Shown one piece after another: positions 57,024 through 64,000 of a stretch of 64,000 bases of DNA. The DNA comes from an uncultured candidate division Zixibacteria bacterium (GTDB taxonomy: Bacteria > Zixibacteria > MSB-5A5 > RBG-16-43-9), in the NCBI GenBank assembly GCA_963713865.1, contig OY970208.1:1824001-1888000 (forward strand). The letters run 5' to 3'. The notes beneath the pieces are model-generated. The model was given only the letters and a program-made list of their open reading frames with translations. It was not told the origin of the DNA and did no database searches. How positions within the stretch are numbered: position 1 is the first letter of the stretch; every line of letters begins with the position of its first letter. The position numbers and the translations under genes are program-made.

Positions 57024-57569
57024 ATGAACCGTGAAGAGGCATTAAATTTAGTTAAATCTAAAATCAAAAATAAGAATCTGATCAAGCATATGTTAGCGGT
57101 GGAAGCAATAATGAGAAGGCTGGCAGAATATTTCAATGATGATACAGAGCTCTGGAGTTTAACTGGATTATTACACGATTTAGATTACGATTCCACAGTA
57201 AATGATTTTGCAAATCACGGCATCCTTACAGCCGAGTGGCTTAAAGAATATAATTTAGATGAAAAGCTACTTTATGCCATTAAAGCTCATCCTAAACATG
57301 TGCCAGCAACTTCTAAGTTAGACTGGGCACTTTTTGCCACAGATCCTTTATCCGGATTGATTGTGGCAGCAACCTTAATGCATCCGACAAAGAAAATAAA
57401 AAATGTAACCCCTGAATTTGTCCTCAATCGATTTAAGGAGAAAAGGTTTGCGGCTGGAGCAAACCGTGAGGATATAAAAGAATGCGAGAAAATGGGTTTG
57501 ACTCTGGAAAAGTTTGTGGAGCTGGCTTTAGAAGGAATGCAGAAAATAGATGCTGATTTAGAATTGTAG
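57024..57569 (+). CDS. HDIG/HD-domain hydrolase
   Basis: MNREEAL, KHMLAVEA, LHDLD, HG, F-A-A-G-A-N-R; the upstream ATG 56997 lies in a REP. Confidence 0.88.
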   Translation: MNREEALNLVKSKIKNKNLIKHMLAVEAIMRRLAEYFNDDTELWSLTGLLHDLDYDSTVNDFANHGILTAEWLKEYNLDEKLLYAIKAHPKHVPATSKLDWALFATDPLSGLIVAATLMHPTKKIKNVTPEFVLNRFKEKRFAAGANREDIKECEKMGLTLEKFVELALEGMQKIDADLEL

Positions 57570-57782
57570 TTGCCTGATTTGTCAGGCTTATTTTAGCTTG
57601 GATTGTAAACCTTTCCTTCGGTGGCTACGAGCCCGCCCGCCCGTGAGGCGCCAGACGTAGTCTCCGTTTCTCGGACAGGTTTACCAATTCATCTAAAATG
57701 GTATATTCCAGTATTTAAATCCAGGTTGAGGGCAACCTGGGTCTACCAAAATTAGTAACCCCGCCTGGCCCTCAAGGCGGGA
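57566..57782. repeat. Multi-family REP/hairpin cluster
   Basis: gtagttgcctga-tttg-tcaggc; gtaaacct[insert]aggtttac; ccaggttg-aggg-caacctgg-gtctac; cccgcct...aggcggg. Confidence 0.65.
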
Positions 57783-57812
57783 TAGTGGTTAAACATAAGA
57801 ATTTTTAAATAG

Positions 57813-58193
57813 ATGCGAAAAGTTATCCTTATATTCGGTTTGTTTTTACTATTTATGGCTGCCTACAAGACAAACTACGCCTGGGATAAATACAGATCAA
57901 AGAAAACTGAAACTGAAAATCATACAATTAAGGAAGACAAGTGGCTCGGGTGGGATAAATTAGGTCATTTTTTCATAAGTGGATTTTTGAGCGGGTCATC
58001 ATATTCTATTTATCATAAAAGTTTCAACAACGATAAGGAATCTTCAATTTTATTTTCCAGTTCCTTCACCCTGAGTTTAGGAGTAGGGAAAGAAATAAAC
58101 GATATGAAAAAACCTCAAAATAAGTTCAGCTACAAAGACCTTATCTTCGATCTTATGGGCATTTCATTTGGTTTAATTATTGCCTCACATTAA
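57813..58193 (+). CDS. YfiM/DUF2279-like exported or membrane protein
   Basis: D-x-W-x-x-x-DK-x-x-HF, G-x-x-KE-x-x-D, FSYKDL. Confidence 0.75.
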   Translation: MRKVILIFGLFLLFMAAYKTNYAWDKYRSKKTETENHTIKEDKWLGWDKLGHFFISGFLSGSSYSIYHKSFNNDKESSILFSSSFTLSLGVGKEINDMKKPQNKFSYKDLIFDLMGISFGLIIASH

Positions 58194-58195
58194 TT

Positions 58196-59545
58196 ATGCA
58201 TAATTTCACACAAAAAAGAATCGAGGTCTTTTCCTGGGGAATCTACGATTTTGCCAATACCATCTTTTCGATGAATATTATCACTATGTATTTTGCCCAG
58301 TGGATAATTATAGATAACCATAAAGAAGATATACTGTATAGCATAACTTACGCTTTATCTATGCTTTTAGTTGCTTTAACTATGCCTATCTTGGGTGCGA
58401 TCTCAGATAACCGTGGGAAAAGGAAGCCGTATCTTTTAATTTTAACCTTAGGTTGCATTTTGGGAACTTTTTTGATTGGAGGGGTAAGCACTGAGATCGC
58501 AAATACTGACCTTAAAGTCTTCTCTGCTTTATTTTTCTTTCTCCTGGCAAATTTCTGCTTTGAGGGTGGCTTGGTTTTTTATAATGCCTTGCTCCCGGAG
58601 GTTTCCTCACCTAAGAATATCGGCAAGGTCTCCGGTTTTGGAGTAGCTTTAGGTTATCTCGGCGCAATAGTAGGACTGCTTTTAGTTAAGCCCTTTGTTA
58701 CTGGAAACTTTTTAGGGCTTCAATTCAGTTCGGGGGGAAGAGAAAAGGCATTTATCCCTACCGCCATTTTTTTCCTTTTGTTTAGCCTGCCAATCTTTAT
58801 ATTTATTAAAGAGAAAGCAAACCTGGTTATAGATGAAAAAAAAGTAAGGATTAAAGAGGCGTTTAAAAAAGTATGGGATGGAATTGTCAATACCAGGAGA
58901 TATCCCGGGGTTTTACGTTTTCTGATCGCAGACTATTTTTTCGAGGATGCCATTGCCACAGTGATTATCTTTATGGCAGTATATGCTCAGGTAGTAATGA
59001 ATATGGGAGACGAGGTGAAGATACTGTTTTTCTGGTTTGCCACAACTTTTGCGGTCATAGGTTCATTTATAGCCGGAGTGGTAAGCGACCGCATAGGTCC
59101 AAAAAAAACCTTGTTTTTTGTAGTCCTGGGCTGGATATTATCTTTATCAGTCATTATATTCACTACTCATACTATCTATTTCTGGATTATGGGTCCATTT
59201 ATCGGGATATTTTTAGGCTCAACCTGGACAACCTCCAGACCACTTCTGACTACTCTGGCACCTAAAAAGATGTTAGGCCAGTTTTTTGGCTTGTATTCTT
59301 TATCCGGCAGAGCTGCTGCCATCATAGGTCCACTTCTCTGGGGTGGGACGGTTCTTTACTTTAAGAAAGACAATATTATGGTGAAGGGTATGATAAATGC
59401 TTTATCAAAGTTTGGGATTAATTTTTCAAGGCAGGTCTTGAATACCATCCAGTACCGTTTTGCTATTCTGATTTTAATATTTTTGATGATTGTTGGTCTT
59501 ATAATATTTATAAAAGTTCCAGATAAAAAAAGTTATGACGAATGA
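58196..59545 (+). CDS. MFS transporter (ATG22/UMF1-like)
   Basis: W-x-x-YDFAN, P-x-LGAISD, FYNALLP, G-x-x-x-GYLG, FFGLY. Confidence 0.9.
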   Translation: MHNFTQKRIEVFSWGIYDFANTIFSMNIITMYFAQWIIIDNHKEDILYSITYALSMLLVALTMPILGAISDNRGKRKPYLLILTLGCILGTFLIGGVSTEIANTDLKVFSALFFFLLANFCFEGGLVFYNALLPEVSSPKNIGKVSGFGVALGYLGAIVGLLLVKPFVTGNFLGLQFSSGGREKAFIPTAIFFLLFSLPIFIFIKEKANLVIDEKKVRIKEAFKKVWDGIVNTRRYPGVLRFLIADYFFEDAIATVIIFMAVYAQVVMNMGDEVKILFFWFATTFAVIGSFIAGVVSDRIGPKKTLFFVVLGWILSLSVIIFTTHTIYFWIMGPFIGIFLGSTWTTSRPLLTTLAPKKMLGQFFGLYSLSGRAAAIIGPLLWGGTVLYFKKDNIMVKGMINALSKFGINFSRQVLNTIQYRFAILILIFLMIVGLIIFIKVPDKKSYDE

Positions 59546-59572
59546 TGAATTACGGATAGCGGATAAAAAAAA

Positions 59573-59692
59573 TGTCATTGCGACCCCGCCTCTAACGGAG
59601 GAAGTCGTAGGGACAGAACATTGTTCTGTCCTTACTATCCACGTTAGAGACGGATAGCTTCGTCGTCCCGTAGGGGACTCCCCGAAATGACA
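59573..59692. repeat. TGTCATTGCG REP doublet interrupted by a GTAGGGACAGAAC REP
   Basis: tgtcattgcg...; gtagggacagaaca-t-tgttctgtcc; ...cgaaatgaca. Confidence 0.7.
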
Positions 59693-59708
59693 GAAATAGG
59701 GAGAGAAT

Positions 59709-60743
59709 TTGGAGAGATGGAATGAAATAGTGGGGGCGATACACATCCATTCAGTAGATTCGGATGGTACCAAGTCTATACCGGACATAGCTAAGATCGG
59801 GGATAGAATGAAGCTTGATTTCTTGATGTTCTCCGACCATATGACTCTAAAATCATATCAATCTGGTTTGGAAGGGGTATATGGTAAAACACTGGTCATA
59901 ATCGGGTATGAGATTCATGATAAACAGAACAAGAACCATTATCTGGCTTTCAATCTGAAGGAGACCTTACCTTTTGGGCTCTCACCTCTTGAATATGTAA
60001 AACAGGTTAAGGAAAAAGGAGGATTGGGAATAATTGCTCATCCGGACGAGATCCGCAAAGATTTGCCCAAATATCCAGCTTATCCCTGGACTGCCTGGGA
60101 AACTGAAGATTTTGACGGGATTGAGATCTGGAATCAGATGTCCGAGTGGATGGAGAAATTAACCAGATTCAATCAGATCCAGATGCTTTTCTCACCGCGA
60201 AAATCACTGGATAGTCCAACCGAGAGAATCTTGAGCAAATGGGATGAGCTGAACCAGAAAAGAAAAGTCTGCGGTATAGGAGCTATAGACGCTCACGCTC
60301 ACCCCTATAAATTAGGTCCCTTAAAATTGATAATCTTCCCCTATGAGGTGCAGTTCAAGTCCATCCGCACCCATCTGGTTTTAGACCAGCCACTCTCTTC
60401 AGATTTTGAAAAAGGAAAAGCCCAGATATTCTCTGCACTTTTAAACTGCAACGCCTTTGCCTCCAATTTCAGAAGGGGAGATGCAAGAGGTTTTCTTTTT
60501 TATATTGAAGGCAAGAAAAGTATTGCGAAGATAGGGGAGGAGATAAGGTTAGAGGAAATAGTTAGCCTAATCGCAAAAACTCCAGCTAAAGCTGAAATAA
60601 GATTGATTAATAATGGTAATTTGATCTATAAAACCAAAGGTAAAGAATTAATTTATCAACCAAAAGAAAAAGGGGTTTATAGAATTGAAGCCTTTAAAGG
60701 GGATAAAGGGTGGATATTTTCAAATCATATAAGGATAATTTGA
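59709..60743 (+). CDS. PHP-superfamily metallohydrolase (CehA/McbA-like)
   Basis: HIHS-x-x-SDG, SDH, AHP, EIWN, DAH, WIFSN-x-I. Confidence 0.8.
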   Translation: MERWNEIVGAIHIHSVDSDGTKSIPDIAKIGDRMKLDFLMFSDHMTLKSYQSGLEGVYGKTLVIIGYEIHDKQNKNHYLAFNLKETLPFGLSPLEYVKQVKEKGGLGIIAHPDEIRKDLPKYPAYPWTAWETEDFDGIEIWNQMSEWMEKLTRFNQIQMLFSPRKSLDSPTERILSKWDELNQKRKVCGIGAIDAHAHPYKLGPLKLIIFPYEVQFKSIRTHLVLDQPLSSDFEKGKAQIFSALLNCNAFASNFRRGDARGFLFYIEGKKSIAKIGEEIRLEEIVSLIAKTPAKAEIRLINNGNLIYKTKGKELIYQPKEKGVYRIEAFKGDKGWIFSNHIRII

Positions 60744-60824
60744 ATTTATTTATTCATATTTTATTCATATATAATTTGAAAATAGAATATTGTTGATAAT
60801 TTGATAAAATCTACTGATATTCGC

Positions 60825-61379
60825 ATGTTAAAAGATTTGTACTTCATTTGTAGGATAATAACGTTTTCCATCCTTCTTTTAATACTCCATTTTGATGTAT
60901 TTGCTTCTCAACCTGTTGACCTTTATGAAAACTATCTTGACGCTGATTTAGTAATCGTGGGAAATGTTCTTTCTTGCTCAACAAAAATAATAGAGGAAAA
61001 AGAACTCCCTGAAACTGGCAGTTGGATCTGGCATTGTACTAAGTTTATGAATATCCACATGGTAAGAGTAGATAGCGTTATAAAAGGGTCTTTTTCAGAT
61101 ACCACGCTTATTATACAAAATGAGTCATTTAAGACCTATTATTGGAGGGAAGAAAAAGGCGATTCTCTATCGTCGATGAAAATCAGACCAGGTATTGGGG
61201 ATGAAAGTGTTAGTAACATCCCAGGATTAGGGAAATTTATTATAATTCTCAAGAAGAAAGATGGTATCTATACCTCTACGCTCTGTATGGCTTACGACAA
61301 ATCCATCCTTGATTTTTATAAGAAGATCCAAGAAAAAGGTAAAGGCCATTTTAAAAAATTTGAATCTTCACCGAAGTAA
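60825..61379 (+). CDS. Exported hypothetical protein
   Basis: Signal peptide ending VFA; ADLVIVG-x-V...V-x-x-VIKG motif. Confidence 0.6.
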   Translation: MLKDLYFICRIITFSILLLILHFDVFASQPVDLYENYLDADLVIVGNVLSCSTKIIEEKELPETGSWIWHCTKFMNIHMVRVDSVIKGSFSDTTLIIQNESFKTYYWREEKGDSLSSMKIRPGIGDESVSNIPGLGKFIIILKKKDGIYTSTLCMAYDKSILDFYKKIQEKGKGHFKKFESSPK

Positions 61380-61525
61380 GTTTTGAAACTTAGAGTGAGA
61401 ATTTCCAAAGCTGGTAAAAAAGTATAATCGCATTTATGGATGCAGATGCATCAAAAGAAGCCATCTGCTAAATTCTACTAATTAACTCCTCTTATTCGTA
61501 TAAAATTGATAGAAAGAATCAATCT

Positions 61526-61582
61526 GGGTTCGATGAATCGAACCCCTACCAAAACAGGTAGGGGCTTGATTTATCAAGCCCT
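61526..61582. repeat. Back-to-back GTAG REP pair
   Basis: gggttcga-tgaa-tcgaaccc-ctac and gtag-gggcttgat-tt-atcaagccc. Confidence 0.75.
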
Positions 61583-61622
61583 GCTCTTATGTATATTGAC
61601 AAATTCAGGGTTTATATTTAAT

Positions 61623-61650
61623 TGAACTTGGTGAGCGAAAATACCGATAA
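61623..61650 (+). promoter_or_regulatory. Possible sigma28-like promoter
   Basis: TGAA-N16-ACCGATAA upstream of 61755. Confidence 0.4.
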
Positions 61651-61684
61651 AATAAAGAAAGGGAAAGATTTTGTATTTATATAC

Positions 61685-61710
61685 AGGACAGAACAGTGTT
61701 CTGTCCCTAC
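61685..61710 (-). repeat. GTAGGGACAGAAC REP
   Basis: ggacagaaca-g-tgttctgtcc-ctac; same family as the copy at about 59607. Confidence 0.75.
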
Positions 61711-61754
61711 AGAATATAATTCACTGAATCATAGATAGTTATGTTGGAGGTATA

Positions 61755-63776
61755 ATGAAAAGGTTTAAGGCGGATATTCTGGTTATAGAGCTTGCATTTG
61801 TATTAACAGTCTTTTTAGGAAGTTTTAAAATATCTTATGGGGCTGAAAAAGGGACCTTAGATTTGATTGAGGATGCTTATAAAAGCGGAGAAATTGATTA
61901 CCAGACCAGTTTAATCTATAAAGTCCAAACCATCCGACAGCCTGAAAAAATACCTTCAAAATACAGAGCTAAAGTGGAAAAGATAGAGAAGGATGCTACT
62001 CCTATTTTATTAGAAGTTAAGAAGAGCTGGCCCGGGCTTTCTTCTCAAACACAGGCAGTATTAAAAACTCTTTTATCCCGTCCGGTCAGAGCTTTTTCTT
62101 ATGATTCCCCTGAAGGGCATTATAAGATACATTACGATACTGCTGGAACTCATAAAGTCCCCTCAACCGATGATAATGTAAATGGAATACCGGATTATGT
62201 AGAAAATTTAGCCCTTTACGCAGACAGCTCCTATCGGACTATGATTACTTACCTGGGATATAGAATCCCCCCTTCGGATGGTACTGCTGGAGGAGACAGC
62301 AAATACGATATCTACACTGAAAATATGCCCTATTACGGGTATACCCAGGGTGAATCACCCGGACCTGAGTCCTGGAACGATTATACCAGCTATATCTCAG
62401 TTCATAATAACTTTATCGGCTTTCCACCAAACGATGACCCGGAAGGAGATCAGAAAGGAGCTATGAAGGTCACGGTTGCACATGAATATTTCCATGCGGT
62501 TCAGTTTGGTTATGATATATTTGAATCTGAATGGTTTATGGAGATCTCCTCCGTCTGGATGGAGGATGTGGTTTTTGACCCGGTAAATGATAACTATAAC
62601 TATTTATCCTCTTTCTTCAATTATCCGGATGTCTCCTTACAGGCAACCACCATACACGAATATGCCAGTTTCATCTGGAATACCTTTCTTTCTTCAAATT
62701 TTGGCAACAACCTTATTAAAGATATCTGGGAAGGGTGTATTTACGGAACTGCGATAAATGAGATAAATACTGCCCTGCAATCGCGAGGGAGCAGTCGAGA
62801 TGAAGAATTTAAGAAATTCACCGTATGGAATTATATCACCAGTACCCGGGATGACGGACTGCATTACGAGGAGGGTAGCCATTATCCGCCGATAAAGATA
62901 ATGAGGACCCATTCATCTTATCCAGTGGTAAATAATACTTCCAATGCAACCCCGGATAATCTATCAGCCAACTATATCCAATTCAATCCCTCGGCGGGTT
63001 CTTATAACCTTAACATCAAATTCGATGGGCAGTATGGATACATCTGGGGACTAAAAGCTTTAGGAGTAAAAACGGGCACAGGCTATAATTATACTGAATT
63101 TGAAATCCCTTTAGATGATTCAGGATATGGAGAAGGTATTATTCCTAATTCTAATGATTATAATTATGTGATCTTAATTCCCAGTGTCCTTTCCACCACA
63201 GGCACTAATCTGAACTATCTTTATTCTGCCTGGCTTACCTCAGCTGATACAGTTCACAAAGTAGAGGTTACATCCAGCAATGATAAAGAAGTTATAAATG
63301 CCAGTTGGGATACCTCTTATTTCTTTATTAATAACACCGGCATCGTTACTGATACCTATTCAGTAACCATTTCAGATAATAAGGGATGGTTCCAGAATCC
63401 TGGTTCCTTCTTTGATACTTTAGACCCTGGCGAGACAGATACTATAGAAACTATTTCTCAAATACCTTATGATTTGACTCTCCTTACAGCAGATTCCTTA
63501 AAACTGGTTTTGGTATCTCTTTCCATCTCGATATTAAAAGATTCTGCTGAGGTGGTTTTAAATGTTGTGGCACGAAGAGGAGATACTAATAATAACGGCT
63601 CTATCTCAATAGCAGATATAGTTTATTTAATTAATTATCTATTGAAAGGCGGAGCTCCTCCTCAGTATTATAATACCGGAGATACTAACTGCGATGGCAC
63701 AGTTTCGATATCTGATGTAGTCTATCTGATAAATTACCTGTTCAAATCCGGACCGTTACCTTGCTTTCCTGGATAA
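61755..63776 (+). CDS. Secreted zinc metallopeptidase (MXAN_6640-like) with Ig-like domain and dockerin
   Basis: HEYFH...WFME; NTG-x-x-x-DTY Ig module; GDTNNNG/GDTNCDG dockerin. Confidence 0.88.
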   Translation: MKRFKADILVIELAFVLTVFLGSFKISYGAEKGTLDLIEDAYKSGEIDYQTSLIYKVQTIRQPEKIPSKYRAKVEKIEKDATPILLEVKKSWPGLSSQTQAVLKTLLSRPVRAFSYDSPEGHYKIHYDTAGTHKVPSTDDNVNGIPDYVENLALYADSSYRTMITYLGYRIPPSDGTAGGDSKYDIYTENMPYYGYTQGESPGPESWNDYTSYISVHNNFIGFPPNDDPEGDQKGAMKVTVAHEYFHAVQFGYDIFESEWFMEISSVWMEDVVFDPVNDNYNYLSSFFNYPDVSLQATTIHEYASFIWNTFLSSNFGNNLIKDIWEGCIYGTAINEINTALQSRGSSRDEEFKKFTVWNYITSTRDDGLHYEEGSHYPPIKIMRTHSSYPVVNNTSNATPDNLSANYIQFNPSAGSYNLNIKFDGQYGYIWGLKALGVKTGTGYNYTEFEIPLDDSGYGEGIIPNSNDYNYVILIPSVLSTTGTNLNYLYSAWLTSADTVHKVEVTSSNDKEVINASWDTSYFFINNTGIVTDTYSVTISDNKGWFQNPGSFFDTLDPGETDTIETISQIPYDLTLLTADSLKLVLVSLSISILKDSAEVVLNVVARRGDTNNNGSISIADIVYLINYLLKGGAPPQYYNTGDTNCDGTVSISDVVYLINYLFKSGPLPCFPG

Positions 63777-63795
63777 CTTCAGGAGTTGCTAATCC

Positions 63796-63890
63796 TGTCA
63801 TTGCGAGGAGTATCGCCACAGGAGAGCGACAAGAGAGAAGCAATCTCCATAGAATATGCAGATTACTTCGCTTTGTGGACTCCCAATAAT
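63796..63890. repeat. Degenerate TGTCATTGCG REP doublet
   Basis: tgtcattgcgaggag...gaagcaatct and agattacttcg...caataat. Confidence 0.65.
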
Positions 63891-64000
63891 AATCTAATAT
63901 ATCTGGTTAAATCTTTTCAGATGCTTATAGGGCCTCCAGGCAGGGGAGAGGATATGGGATATTTTAACCCGGTCTAGGAGTCGGCCCCAGGTAAAAGTAG

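Noticed and set aside
57570-57800. Structured ncRNA or tRNA
   Set aside because: Hairpins resolve into REP families seen elsewhere in the window; no cloverleaf or known RNA motif
196-62912. Short antisense or out-of-frame ORFs in the track (e.g. 1972-2439, 3643-4008, 14453-14737, 58873-59265, 59474-59788)
   Set aside because: Shadows of well-supported genes with no independent features
63786-63977. 63-aa ORF
   Set aside because: Translation of a TGTCATTGCG REP doublet

Overview
AT-rich bacterial chromosomal window. The proteins point to an FCB-group organism resembling candidate phylum Zixibacteria (many secreted proteins with a C-terminal 'SDVVYLINYLFKGGP' dockerin, one FlgD/T9SS-type tail); this assignment is inference. 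Contents: (1) Housekeeping genes: rpiB, glyA, purF, manC, tsaC, an LMW phosphatase, ftcd, sbcD/sbcC. (2) A dispersed type IVa pilus system: PilR-like activator, DUF2723/TMEM260-like GT-C glycosyltransferase, two tandem major pilins, three NDP-amino-sugar genes, pilD, PilS-like kinase, a second NtrC activator, pilV/W/X/fimT, pilMNO, an AMIN-PilP fusion and an AMIN-less pilQ. (3) Five dockerin-tagged secreted proteins with no cohesin or glycoside hydrolase recognised. (4) A RAYT transposase bracketed by REP doublets, many other REP families, nested mini-palindromes and heptamer tandem repeats. (5) A decayed integron-like integrase next to a foreign-looking gene with a GTTAGCAC core site. Most notable signals: sigma28-like promoters before the pilus regulators and assembly genes with sigma54 promoters before the pilins (an apparently inverted hierarchy), a candidate new pilin-glycosylation locus, a non-cellulolytic dockerin secretome, and palindromes nested inside REP loops. 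Three genes carry single-base insertions that may be sequencing errors. No rRNA, tRNA or CRISPR array was recognised.
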